From a virus: DNA of 64,000 nt. Of the stretch, positions 9,590 through 19,681 are shown one piece after another (the stretch's first letter is position 1; every line of letters begins with the position of its first letter). Under the pieces are notes generated by a model. That model did not search any database. It was not told where the DNA came from and was given only the letters and a program-made list of their open reading frames with translations. The stretch is taken from positions 1-64,000 of IMG/VR virus record IMGVR_UViG_3300043411_001118; one strand, written 5' to 3'. A program made the translations under genes and the position numbers.

Positions 9590-9770
9590 GTCTGACCTCT
9601 TGATGCAAAAATCGAATCATATAATTTAGATCCCAGAGAATTTCAAAATTTGCCTCTTCTATCAGAGCCGACAAATCTATTTTATTCTTACAAATTGATA
9701 TGTTATTATCCACCTTAATAACATTAGTGGCATCTCGAATATCCTCTCGTATCGATTGACGGTCCATCAA
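9579..9770 (-). CDS. hypothetical mini-protein
   Basis: array member. Confidence 0.6.
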   Translation of the reverse strand: MMDRQSIREDIRDATNVIKVDNNISICKNKIDLSALIEEANFEILWDLNYMIRFLHQEVRRDK

Positions 9771-9964
9771 TCCTCCCGATTAATTTCTATCGATTCGACT
9801 TCAGAAATGTCATAAGCCGAATTTACTGTTAGCCGATATTTTCCACTCTTCATTTTCTCTAACATAAAAATCGGTCCACCAGACATAGTGATCGTTATGA
9901 ATTTTTCGATCTCGAAGTCTGTGGATGTTCCGTCTTTATTTTTGAAATGTAATGATCTTTTCAC
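9767..9964 (-). CDS. hypothetical protein
   Basis: coupled ORF in early operon. Confidence 0.6.
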   Translation of the reverse strand: MKRSLHFKNKDGTSTDFEIEKFITITMSGGPIFMLEKMKSGKYRLTVNSAYDISEVESIEINRED

Positions 9965-10185
9965 AATACCCTTGCCTTCATAGTCTCCGTATCGAATTGA
10001 ACTGTAACATACTCGCCATGTTCAATCCACTTTTGGAGTTTGTCGTATTGCTCAGACTCTCTTTTTTCGATCAATGCCTCACGTTCATACTCATCTGTTA
10101 TCTCTTTTGGGATTGAAGCAATTACCGCATCCCGCACCGCATCCGAGACTGTATCAGGATCTTTAAATGTAATTTCAATAATCAT
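9961..10185 (-). CDS. hypothetical phage protein
   Basis: ITFKDPD...WIEHGEYVTVQFDT; coupled ORF. Confidence 0.7.
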   Translation of the reverse strand: MIIEITFKDPDTVSDAVRDAVIASIPKEITDEYEREALIEKRESEQYDKLQKWIEHGEYVTVQFDTETMKARVL

Positions 10186-10487
10186 ATTTTCTCCGACAAA
10201 ATTCCTTGAATTTTGAGTGTTGAAATGATTGCCCTCATTCCTGCTTGTAGTCCAGCACGATAATCATCGAGCCTTTCTTCAGTTAAGTCTTTGGTCACGG
10301 TCTTAGCCCACTTAATTTGTTCAGTTTCGATCTGATTCTGCCAATTGTAAAGTAGGGAAAAATCAACTATTCCGCTTCCTTTAGTCATCGATTTATTTTC
10401 CTTTGCCAACCTGGCTTGTTCTTGTGGATTACAACACCACGGCATCCCGCGCTCATAACCACATTTATCACAATACATTCCTGTCAT
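10182..10487 (-). CDS. hypothetical protein with N-terminal Cys cluster
   Basis: coupled ORF. Confidence 0.6.
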   Translation of the reverse strand: MTGMYCDKCGYERGMPWCCNPQEQARLAKENKSMTKGSGIVDFSLLYNWQNQIETEQIKWAKTVTKDLTEERLDDYRAGLQAGMRAIISTLKIQGILSEKI

Positions 10488-10996
10488 ACATGAACCTCCA
10501 CATTGATTTCAGAAACATTCTTTCCTTGCAGTTCTCGAATCATCCAAGCTTCAACAATTGAAGGGATGTTCGAAAAGTGAGTCCAGATATTTTCCTCTCC
10601 CTCGATTGTCGCCTGATATCCTCCGTAATTGTTCGATCTAAAAACAACGAACCCCGGCGCAATTTCGACACCAGAAGAATTTGTTAACGCCTCAATCAAT
10701 GGTGTGATTTCAGTTTCTTTCTTTTTGAATTGTTCGAGATTTCTTAACGCTCGAATCGCTTCCCAGTCGTACTCCACAAAAACGAACGTGTTCCCACCAG
10801 ACAAAATTTCTTGACTGTATTCGCAATATCGAACCGACTCATATTTCTTAGCAATCGTTTTGATTGGTTCGATGTTGATCGATAAATCCTTGATTCTTAC
10901 ATTGACCGATGAATAGTCACTTGTGACGCTAACCTGTGACGGTTTGATTCCAAGTGCCTTAAGTTCTTTTCTGATTTCCTTAGCTTCCTGTGTCAT
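10484..10996 (-). CDS. early hypothetical protein (LPD29-like N-terminus)
   Basis: AKEIRKELKA..VSV.SDYSSVNV; AGGAG RBS; first gene after an early promoter. Confidence 0.6.
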   Translation of the reverse strand: MTQEAKEIRKELKALGIKPSQVSVTSDYSSVNVRIKDLSINIEPIKTIAKKYESVRYCEYSQEILSGGNTFVFVEYDWEAIRALRNLEQFKKKETEITPLIEALTNSSGVEIAPGFVVFRSNNYGGYQATIEGEENIWTHFSNIPSIVEAWMIRELQGKNVSEINVEVHV

Positions 10997-11023
10997 AATG
11001 TATCTCCTATCAATTTCAATTAT

Positions 11024-11052
11024 AAAGTACCAAAATCATCCAAACTTGTCAA
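11024..11052 (-). promoter_or_regulatory. sigma70-type early promoter
   Basis: TTGACA-17-TACTTT, spacer contains TTTGGATGATTT. Confidence 0.85.
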
Positions 11053-11063
11053 GAATTAAAACC

Positions 11064-11390
11064 TTATCGTCCTAATTCATTTAACGCTTGTCTCAGATTT
11101 TCTCTCGTACTGGATAGAATCCCGTTTGCACGATTGAACGCCTGAGTGATTGTATTCTCTGCCTTTCGGTTTGCTTCGGTGACGATTCGATTTGCTTCGG
11201 TTGTGGCCTCTGCGATCAACGTCTCACAACCTTTGCGGGTTTCTGTGATACTTGCCGATGGGTAAATGTCCGAGCGAACATCACGCTCGACCTCAATTAA
11301 TACCGACTCCAACCACGGTCCTAGATAACTCTCAAGTCCGAGTTTTTCGATTGATTCTTTTAAGATTTTAATTTCTTGTTCTTTAGTCAT
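11064..11390 (-). CDS. early hypothetical protein with coiled-coil C-terminus
   Basis: ATG 11390 with GGAGG RBS. Confidence 0.7.
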   Translation of the reverse strand: MTKEQEIKILKESIEKLGLESYLGPWLESVLIEVERDVRSDIYPSASITETRKGCETLIAEATTEANRIVTEANRKAENTITQAFNRANGILSSTRENLRQALNELGR

Positions 11391-11462
11391 TTTGTCCTCC
11401 ATCAAATGATTGATTCTTTCAACCACATGTATATGATGCCATAAATTATCCAAACTTGTCAA
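11391..11462 (-). promoter_or_regulatory. early promoter + stem-loop + RBS cassette
   Basis: TTGACA-18-CATCAT, then TGGTTGA-aagaa-TCAATCA, then GGAGG. Confidence 0.8.
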
Positions 11463-11594
11463 CTATTAAATCGTCCCTGCACCGCCCCACAACTACCTGT
11501 CATTATATGCACCACTTCCGTTCGTATATGGTGCCTATTTCGACAAGTGCTTGCTATTTTAAACACCATTTGATTTCACCTGATCGAGCTAATT

Positions 11595-11602
11595 AATAAA
11601 TA
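11595..11602 (+). promoter_or_regulatory. T4-type late promoter
   Basis: AATAAATA 5 nt before ATG 11608. Confidence 0.7.
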
Positions 11603-11607
11603 CCTGG

Positions 11608-12642
11608 ATGAAATTCTCCCAATTCTTAACTGAACTGCAAATAGCTAAGCTTCCAGGATTGGGCCTAGCAAGGCATAAAATGCCTCAGATTGCCGGGGAT
11701 AAGATTCAAGCATTCCTAGCCAAGCTTAGGCAAGACGGCATCTCAAGCCGAACTACGACCATTGAGGCATCAAGGCTGAAGCCGACTCAGAATGAATACA
11801 ATGTCGAGAAAGTCAAGGCATTGAAGCAACAGATCTTGAATCTGGACCTGAAGCCAAAACCATTAATCTGTTCTATTGATAACTACATTCTAGATGGTCA
11901 TCACACTTGGTTAGCTCGTAAAGAAATTAATCCACACTACCCAGTTCATGTTATCCAAGTGAACCTTCCTATTAAAGCATTGATTGATGTCGCATCTGAA
12001 TTCGAACACGCAAGACATAAGAATATTCATGAAACGTTTTTAAGTTTTTTGCGCGAAAAGAAAGAACCCGTTACTGATCCGAGACAGCCTTGGGAGAATC
12101 CAAAGGATGTTGAGAACACAGAGGCATTGAAGAAATATTATGATGAAATCATTTCAAAAATTCAAGAAGCTAAAAATGCATTCAATAGAATTTTGAAATT
12201 AGAAGGTCAAGGCGGGAAAGTTCTTTTGGGTTTGAAGCCGTTTGATAGTTTTATTGATAAGGTTGTCAAACGAGGAAAACCGGCAGATCAAATTCATGAT
12301 GTGCTTCGCGGAGCAATCTTGATGTCAACAAGTGAAGATGTTGATCGTGTTGTAAAGAGCATTGCTAAAAGATATCGAATTTACGAACACGAAGTAAAAG
12401 ATAAAGAACATACGAATGAGTTTGGTTATTATGGTTCACACCATTTTAAAATATTAGTTCCAACTAAAACTTCTGGTGGAGTTATTGCGGAAATTCAGAT
12501 CATGACAAAAAAACTTTGGTCATATAAATCTGTCGCACATGACATCTATACCAAGTGGAGAAGTTCAGAGGAAATTGATTCTGATATCCGAGCGCAGGAT
12601 GTTGCTTGGTCAAAAGAATTATTTCGGCTTGGTAATCGCTAG
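11608..12642 (+). CDS. ParB/Srx-domain + RelA/SpoT small alarmone synthetase-like fusion with capsid-targeting-like N-terminus
   Basis: LKPTQ...ILDGHHTW (ParB/Srx); KPFDSFIDK, HDVLRG, GYYGSHH, EIQIMT, AHDIY (SYNTH motifs); N-terminus MKFSQFLTE. Confidence 0.82.
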   Translation: MKFSQFLTELQIAKLPGLGLARHKMPQIAGDKIQAFLAKLRQDGISSRTTTIEASRLKPTQNEYNVEKVKALKQQILNLDLKPKPLICSIDNYILDGHHTWLARKEINPHYPVHVIQVNLPIKALIDVASEFEHARHKNIHETFLSFLREKKEPVTDPRQPWENPKDVENTEALKKYYDEIISKIQEAKNAFNRILKLEGQGGKVLLGLKPFDSFIDKVVKRGKPADQIHDVLRGAILMSTSEDVDRVVKSIAKRYRIYEHEVKDKEHTNEFGYYGSHHFKILVPTKTSGGVIAEIQIMTKKLWSYKSVAHDIYTKWRSSEEIDSDIRAQDVAWSKELFRLGNR

Positions 12643-12978
12643 GTATTTATTGCCATCTTTAATGACTTGATAATTTAGCTCAGATTCAATAATTTTAATG
12701 AATCGGTTGTAGACTCGAACCCGACTTTTCTCCATTGCAGAAAACCAAAAATATGGTGGGTAGTTTTCGAAAATATATTCACTTAGAATCTCGAATACAT
12801 TTTTTAGAACTCGAAATGGGTTTTTTGATTCGTTTGTTATTCGGGTTTGTGATAGTGAGTAACCCATGTCATCTGTCTTTCTTTCGTTGATCAGAGCAAA
12901 GGATATTTCCGAAGTTTTAGATACAATGAATTTATAAATGGAGCCATCAATCACAAATTGTTTCTCAAAATTATTCAT
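12619..12978 (-). CDS. hypothetical protein coupled to the hydrolase gene
   Basis: ATGA overlap with upstream gene; FSA...SRVRVYNR motif. Confidence 0.7.
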   Translation of the reverse strand: MNNFEKQFVIDGSIYKFIVSKTSEISFALINERKTDDMGYSLSQTRITNESKNPFRVLKNVFEILSEYIFENYPPYFWFSAMEKSRVRVYNRFIKIIESELNYQVIKDGNKYLAITKPK

Positions 12979-13406
12979 GTCATTTTCTGTCCAGAAAGAA
13001 ACTCATAATATTTTTTATATTCCTCAACCCTTACAAAATCTTTCGCGGTTAGATTCTTCAACCTAGAAATTTGCGCGTTATGCTTCAAGTCTGACATCTT
13101 AACAACTCTTGCCAGTGGATTTCTTTTTATCTTTTTGAAATACTCATCGGACGATCCAATACCCTTGGTTAATAGTTGTACAGCATTTATTAAGTTTTGG
13201 GGGATTCCCTTAACTAATAGGTCATTAGGAAATAGGGGAGTATCTTCTAAGATGTCGTGAAGATAGGCGACGATCTTTTCTTCTGTGGTATTGACACCAG
13301 CAACAACAGCTTCAATGTGTTTGATGTACGATTCGCCACCCAAATCTTTTTGATTGGCGTGGTATTTCAAAGCCAATTCTTTCGCAATTTCGAGTACCTT
13401 ATTCAC
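12975..13406 (-). CDS. HD-domain small alarmone hydrolase (Mesh1/SAH-like)
   Basis: HANQKDLGGESYIKH, LHDILEDT, VKMSDLKHN; GTG 13406 with GGAGG RBS. Confidence 0.88.
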   Translation of the reverse strand: MNKVLEIAKELALKYHANQKDLGGESYIKHIEAVVAGVNTTEEKIVAYLHDILEDTPLFPNDLLVKGIPQNLINAVQLLTKGIGSSDEYFKKIKRNPLARVVKMSDLKHNAQISRLKNLTAKDFVRVEEYKKYYEFLSGQKMT

Positions 13407-13425
13407 GTCTCTAACCTCCATAATC

Positions 13426-13454
13426 AATATACCAAACTTATCCAAATATGTCAA
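13426..13454 (-). promoter_or_regulatory. sigma70-type early promoter
   Basis: TTGACA-17-TATATT with TTTGGATAAGTTT spacer. Confidence 0.85.
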
Positions 13455-13465
13455 ATAAAATCTTA

Positions 13466-13657
13466 TTAGTCCCTTAGTTGCGCTAGCGCCATTTTGATGG
13501 TCTCTGTAGACGCACCAGATAGCTTTCCTGCTAGTTTTATTTTAGCCCTGTTAGCCGGGGTATTCATCTCGGAGATTTCTCCAGACGTGTCAGTTGCCCT
13601 GCTTGGTGGATGCGACCGCATCTTCCTAATCTTGGCTTTACTACTTTTACTAGTCAT
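13466..13657 (-). CDS. small basic early protein
   Basis: own promoter and GGAAGGTG RBS. Confidence 0.65.
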   Translation of the reverse strand: MTSKSSKAKIRKMRSHPPSRATDTSGEISEMNTPANRAKIKLAGKLSGASTETIKMALAQLRD

Positions 13658-13680
13658 TAATTATCACCTTCCTTTCAATT

Positions 13681-13736
13681 GTGGAGTAAATCCACCCCAC
13701 ATATATAAGATACCACAAATCATCCAAAGGTGTCAA
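13681..13736 (-). promoter_or_regulatory. early promoter + stem-loop
   Basis: TTGACA-18-TATCTT; GTGGA-tttac-TCCAC. Confidence 0.8.
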
Positions 13737-13756
13737 CAATTATTTTGGTAATGATT

Positions 13757-14170
13757 TTAGTGGTTTATGTTGTCTAAGAATGATTTGTCAAATATTGTTA
13801 CTGTTTTAATAGCAAGATCTCGACCCCAAATAACTTGGTTTTCTACCTTTTCAGATTTTTCTGCGTCCGATAGTCTGGCTGTGTTGTCAGTCACATCAAT
13901 ATAAACCAGCCCACCATGACCGGTTGTATCGTGATGTCCTGGTGGATTGTCGTTGTGATACCACCGGAAAACATTTTTTAAATTGGCCTGACCATAGTAA
14001 GCAATATCATCTTTATCACATGGAAAAAGTGATCTGTCTCGCACCCCAGAATTTTTAAATGATATCCATCCAGTCGATCCATTAAGTCCTCGACGACCAA
14101 TTTTAACAGTAAAGTTTGGTGGTAGTTTGTCCGGGGATGCTTCATTGAGAATTTCTTTGAACGATTTCAT
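13757..14170 (-). CDS. putative internal head protein
   Basis: N-terminus MKSFKEILNE; TAAATA (14177-14182) 6 nt before ATG. Confidence 0.65.
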   Translation of the reverse strand: MKSFKEILNEASPDKLPPNFTVKIGRRGLNGSTGWISFKNSGVRDRSLFPCDKDDIAYYGQANLKNVFRWYHNDNPPGHHDTTGHGGLVYIDVTDNTARLSDAEKSEKVENQVIWGRDLAIKTVTIFDKSFLDNINH

Positions 14171-14175
14171 AAAGC

Positions 14176-15511
14176 TTATTTAGATCCAACTAATAGTTTA
14201 GCATACTTTACAGCAGCATCTTCGTTATTGAAGATTTTAATGGTTTGTACTAGACCTCCAGATTCATCGTCCCTGAGAATAACAGAGTATTTTTCTGTAA
14301 CGGGATTAACTACAAATGTCGTTATCTCAAATTCTGCATTCGTAAATTTGTGAATCGTCCCTGGCAAATCTTTCATAATAATCCCCTACTTTTTGCTAAA
14401 CCAAACATTCTCGATCCCATTCTCATCCTACAGAATTCCTCAATTGTCTCACACCCGCTGTCCTGATATGCGCCCATAGTGAGACCGTATTCTTCAGCAA
14501 TGAATAATAACGCCGCCGTCTTCTCATCTCCACCGGCGCGTCCAAACAGATATTTTTGTCTGAGTATTCGGATCTCTCCCCGACCTCGTTTCCTCATTCC
14601 GAATGTATGGATGATCTGTTCAACTTGTTGTGTGTTCATTTTATTAATCCCCGATATCCAAGGTGCTGAAAGTTTCTTTTATCGGTACATGCTTGGGGCT
14701 ATTAAGTCCACCTTTTAGTATGAATGAGTTGGAGATCATTCCCCAATCAAAAAGTCCAGTATTAAATATCGCCCTAGTGATCGCTATTGTATCCTGATAG
14801 GATGTTGACTTCTCCCTAACCAACTTCGACTCGAAATCTCTTATGGAATATTTTGCAGATTCACCCTTGGATATTAATTCCTGCAAAATATTTTGAATTT
14901 CCTCCGCAAGCAAATCAATATCGACGGACTCATTTTTCGGTGAATCCGGAATCATATAATGTGGATATGGTGCGTAAAAATATAACATTTCGTCTCCTAT
15001 TAAATGTGTCTACCTTGTAATCTCAATAACATTTCGATCTGAGTGTTTGTGAATCCATATTTGGAAGCACGAAGTTTAAAAACCTCTGTCTTACTGTATT
15101 CCCTCACATGAAATTTTTTCACATCGTAAGCATGGCCCGGATAACTATCCTGGAAAATTTTAAAAAGTTGATCGGCCTTACTTCTCCCGCCACAAGCCTT
15201 CTCAAAATTTTCTGTTTCTTTCTGTTCGTTGTACATGATGTTTCCTACTTTTTTAAAAATTCAGCGTCAAATTCTCTAACTGCTTTCGCTCTTTCCTCAG
15301 CAAAACTCTTGGCCCCATTCAGAACCGATTTTGCCAACTCAGAATATTCCCCGTAGGCAACAGCAAGTTCAAGAACAAATTTTTTGTTTGTCTTAACTTC
15401 ATTTTGAACGGATTCGAAAATCCGACCAACCTTTTCGCCGTTTCCATTAACAGCAGCTTCCCACATTCTGTGAATCGCCAACTGAACCAATCTTTTATTT
15501 CCTTTCATCAT
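14176..15511 (-). other. early operon of five hypothetical ORFs (14176..14376, 14373..14639, 14644..14988, 15000..15236, 15245..15511)
   Basis: packed minus-strand ORFs downstream of the promoter at 15580. Confidence 0.65.
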
Positions 15512-15580
15512 ATCTCCTATCAAACTGGTTGAACTCTCAACCACAGATATATGATGCCACACATTATCCAAATGTGTCAA
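15512..15580 (-). promoter_or_regulatory. early promoter + stem-loop + RBS cassette
   Basis: TTGACA-18-CATCAT, TGGTTGA-gagt-TCAACCA, AGGAG. Confidence 0.82.
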
Positions 15581-17894
15581 CTAATTCTTTTCCACTGGTC
15601 ATTAATAATTTGTGGAGTTAATTCAAGGGTTTGGGTCATTTCTATAACCACCCTTTCGTGCATATTATTGGCCAGAACGTCATCCAATTCTTTCAATCGT
15701 CCCTGAGTCTTAAAATCGATTTGGTATTCAGTACGAGTTATTGCATCCTGAAACTTACTATTATCAGCGAAAAATACCATCGTTTCGTAGTAATGTGTTG
15801 ATCCTAGCTTGTGGACCTCTTCACCAATAAACCAATTGCCGACAGTCGAAACCACTATTTTTAATGGTCCAAATATTAACAACGTGTTTCTATGAAACAG
15901 ACAATTTCTTGCATCACAAAAATGTCCCGCCCACCCGCGCTCAGTTTTTTCTACTCTCATTTATTTCCTTTATATAAAATTGTTAGCCGCCGCCATGACG
16001 ACCAAAACCAATCGATTTGTTAAGACTATAGACCTCCACATCTCCCCATTCGTATGGAACGTGTCCCAGTTTTTTAATGATGATTTTCTTAGCCTTCTCT
16101 TCACTTGAGGCAATTGCGAATGCCAAACCAGAACTCCAATCTGGAGAGAAACTATCCCACACAAACAATTTTAATTTTTGTTTTCGTTTAGTCTTCATCT
16201 AGATCCTTCTTTTTAAATTCGCCACACCGCATATCCTCGCTCACATCCGGAAACTCTGATGATGTGTAACTCTTGATATACGAATCACCATAGTCCGGTT
16301 GTTTCGTTTCAGTATACGAAACAACAGTTGGTGGATATCTCCGACACCGACCAGTTTTATCCTGGCTATTGTATCTGGCAAAAAATTTACAGTTGCCACA
16401 ATTATTTTCCATTTGTATTCCCACGAACCCAAGATTCGACTACAGTTCTTTCTTTCATAGGAAATGGAGTTGATAAAATATGATCAATCCAGACGCGCCC
16501 ACGTTCAGTTAATTCAAATACATTTGGAATAGTTTCGTGTTCCAATAATATCCCACTACGAACAAGCTCTCTCTGAAAGGAATCAAGTATTTGATGGTCT
16601 GCTTCAATAAATGGATCTTGAGAAATATAACAGTGAATCAAGAATTCTAATTCAAATATTGACATCATTTTTGTTTCCTTTTTTGTTGCTCTCATTAATT
16701 CCATAAGTCTCCATCACTAATAAGCCAAACTATAAACGTAGCCACTACTCCAGCCGTAAACGCCATCCACAGATGTGCAAGATCAATTAAAATCGTTACC
16801 GATTCACAATACGTCATATTAGTCCTCACCAATCAAAGGAAAGGTTTCGATACTATATTCATTACCACCACCAAACTCTGTCCAGTCGGAATCTAATTCG
16901 TGAACCAACATTTCTAATTCTGCTTTGCGGTTCGGCGACCAATCAACGGAAAAAATTTTTCGATATCTTTCCATGAGTTGTTCATTTATTTTCTGACACT
17001 CTGCCCGAAAAGATTCGGCCATGGACATATCCACAAAAACTTTTACGATCCGTTTCTCGGAGTCATAATCACCATCTTTCGCTACAACAATATAACAAGC
17101 CTTACTTTCCATTGTCTCTGACTCCCAATCTCCAAATTAATCCAGTCCTAACACAATATCCAAAAATTGTATCTTCCGGAGTAGCCCTGGTCCTAGAAGT
17201 TTCGATCATGTATCGAATTGATTCAAGATCAAATTTGTATCCAGACCGTTCTTCGAGATAGTCTTTAATGTCCAATTCATGCTCAAACATGGTTGACTTC
17301 ATATCTCCACAGGACATCGGAAAAATTCCGGGGATCATTTTATCTTCAATTAATATTGCGCTCATTCCACTTCCTCTGGTGTTAGTGGCAGTCCGTAATG
17401 CTCAGCATCGTGTCTCACAATAGATCCCAGAGGAAAAATATCCACCGGAAATTCATCCAATACGTAATGGTTTCCGGTTGGATACTTTAATAGCAGAACA
17501 CGAAGTCCAGCCGGAATGTTTGTTGTGTATGTTGAGTGGCCTCGCTTCCAGACTTTATTTTCGATGTTTTTAGTTTTCATAATTGTCCCTCAAATGCAGT
17601 TAATAAATCGGTTCTCATTTCTGTGAACAACTTCAGCGCCTCGGCCTCAATTTTCGATCCGCCTCTTCTATGGGCTGCTACCAGAAAAATTTTTCGACCT
17701 GAAAATGCGACATGCGTTTCTGATGTGTGATCTGGAAATACTTCTCTTTCCACTGGGATAACAGTAGCATAATATCCCCTTGGATATACTTTACCATTCC
17801 TTCTGCCTCCGAGTGTAAAAATGACCTCCAATTTGAGGAATTTATTCTCAGCGCCATTCGGGACATATTCAGTTTTTATTGTTGTTATTGCCAT
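15577..17894 (-). other. early operon of small hypothetical ORFs (15577..15960, 15983..16198, 16188..16424, 16402..16704, 16695..16817, 16819..17112, 17102..17365, 17362..17580, 17577..17894)
   Basis: coupled minus-strand ORFs; 16188..16424 has CxxC..CRRYPP..CGEF; 16695..16817 is a hand-found 40-aa TM peptide. Confidence 0.65.
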
Positions 17895-17921
17895 AATGTA
17901 TCTCCTATCAATTTCAATTAT

Positions 17922-17951
17922 AAAATACTACAAATTAACAAAACTTGTCAA
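17922..17951 (-). promoter_or_regulatory. sigma70-type early promoter
   Basis: TTGACA-18-TATTTT; leader 17892-17924 identical to 10994-11026. Confidence 0.8.
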
Positions 17952-18107
17952 CCTCTTTTCTTGAGATCTTCCTCGAATGCAAACTTGTTATCCAATTTAA
18001 CTTGCTTCACTAGAAATCTCCATCGTTTACCTTGACCCTCAGCAAAGAACGGAAGTGATCTAAGTCCGTTATATTCAGAACGTCTTTTATCTCTCTCAGA
18101 TTTTTCT

Positions 18108-18398
18108 CTACTTATTTTCATATTCCTCCTGGAACAAGCTAATTAAAACTTCGTTCAAATTCTCAGCGTAAACTCCCTCAGAATTTCTCGCTAACTTCGT
18201 TTCGAACTTCCTACTCTTGAATAGCTCAACCGTGTATGTGTCCATTTCGTTAAGTGTGACCTTGAACTTGTAAGAGTATCCAGTCTTAATTTTCGTATTG
18301 AACGACAGAAAGTTTGATCCGGCTAGCGCCTTGTGATATCCCAATTCCATCTTAGTTCCGATGAAAATTTGAGAACTTATTGTTTTTGCAATTTCCAT
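18108..18398 (-). CDS. early hypothetical phage protein
   Basis: VTLNEMDTYTV...GVYAENL; GGAGG RBS. Confidence 0.7.
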   Translation of the reverse strand: MEIAKTISSQIFIGTKMELGYHKALAGSNFLSFNTKIKTGYSYKFKVTLNEMDTYTVELFKSRKFETKLARNSEGVYAENLNEVLISLFQEEYENK

Positions 18399-18467
18399 GA
18401 TTTCCTCCATCAAAGTGATCACCTCGACCACATACATATGATGACATAAATCATCCAAATGTGTCAA
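18399..18467 (-). promoter_or_regulatory. early promoter + stem-loop + RBS cassette
   Basis: TTGACA-18-CATCAT, GTGGTC-gaggt-GATCAC, GGAGG. Confidence 0.8.
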
Positions 18468-18531
18468 ACAAAATAGTGATTTATTTTAGGAAATGATGTT
18501 TTATTGAGGAATCGTCCCTGGAACACCTCAA

Positions 18532-19648
18532 TCAGTTTTCGTGCTGTCCTGGACTATCCTGGACCGATTTTTGACCTTCCCAGACCCTCTTAGCTATCCC
18601 CTCTAGCCCATGTTCGGATACATAAGCTACTCCCCGTACAATCGTTATGAACCCAAAAATTAATAAAGCAAGTTGTAGAACAGCCATAGTCCAGATAAAA
18701 GTATTTTCTAATTTTGCCATATTCTTAACCCTTAAAAAAATTCCACCAAGATTTCTTTCTCTCTGGTCCACCAAGAACAGGTTTTGGTTTTATGCCCTCA
18801 ATGATCTTTTGTCCGGATGGTGGGATCGGTGGAGTCGGTTTGTATCCACCTGGCTTATGTGGATTTCCTAGTCCAGTTTCTCGTTCTGGTCCACACGCAT
18901 GAAAGAGATCGAAAAATTTTTCGTCCTTTGGATATGCTGCGCCTTGTGGCCTCATCTTCCTAGACCGCGCACAGAAAAGTTCAGAAAACAAAAGTATAGT
19001 ATGATATCCCATTCCTGGATCGATCTTTTTAAGATCCCAGAACGATTCTTCTAGTAGATGAAAATTTTCTTCTGTAATTTCTTCCGCATCTGAACATCCC
19101 CAGAAAAATAAATCGTTACATCCAATATAGAATTGTACCGTTCTAAATTCTTCGATACAAGAAAAACCAAGATTGACATTATCTAGTTCTAATTGATATG
19201 TTTCTAAAAAATCGAATATTCTGTATGTCAAATCCATTATTTTTTCTTCTTAGGAATTGGTTTCTTCTTTCCGATAAAATCAATATTCAAGCCAAACATC
19301 ACTGGAGATTTTTGAACTATTTCTGTTGGACCAGACAGAAGCACGAGTGACCAGCCCTCATTCTTTAAAAATTTTGCAGCGGCATCTAATACAGCTTGAC
19401 TCAATTTATCGCGTTTACTTTGCTTCATCTTTTACCCAATGACATTGAACACGTTTAAAATTTGTGTAAACACCATTTTTACAATAATATATTTGTTTAG
19501 AATGATGACAATGTGTGTCTTTATATACAGTTCCATCAACAGAATCAATTGAACATTTTTGATGAGTCACTTCGCAACCAGCAAGTATTAAGAGAATTAG
19601 TGGAAGTGATTTCATCGTGGATTGTGTGGGATGCCCATTTCTGGACAT
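18532..19648 (-). other. four hypothetical ORFs downstream of gp32 (TM protein 18532..18774; 18725..19237; 19237..19428; lipoprotein 19415..19648)
   Basis: CNDLFFWGCSDAE..RKMRPQGA motif in 18725..19237; LILAGC lipobox in 19415..19648. Confidence 0.65.
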
Positions 19649-19681
19649 CCCACATTTAATTAGTCCTGTAGGACCATTTCA

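Larger units (their letters stand above)
6278..9770 (-). other. array of 17 tightly packed 56-80 aa hypothetical ORFs
   Basis: left ends at 6278, 6466, 6687, 6885, 7092, 7297, 7472, 7686, 7853, 8090, 8304, 8506, 8719, 8949, 9142, 9347, 9579; overlapping or abutting stops and starts. Confidence 0.8.

Noticed and set aside
11391-18467. Apparent shared N-terminal peptide (MTSLDNLWHH, MTHLDNVWHH, MTHLDDLCHH, MTYLDKF) in four ORFs
   Set aside because: The ORF track starts at the TTG of the TTGACA -35 box, so the peptide is translated promoter sequence; real starts with RBS lie downstream.
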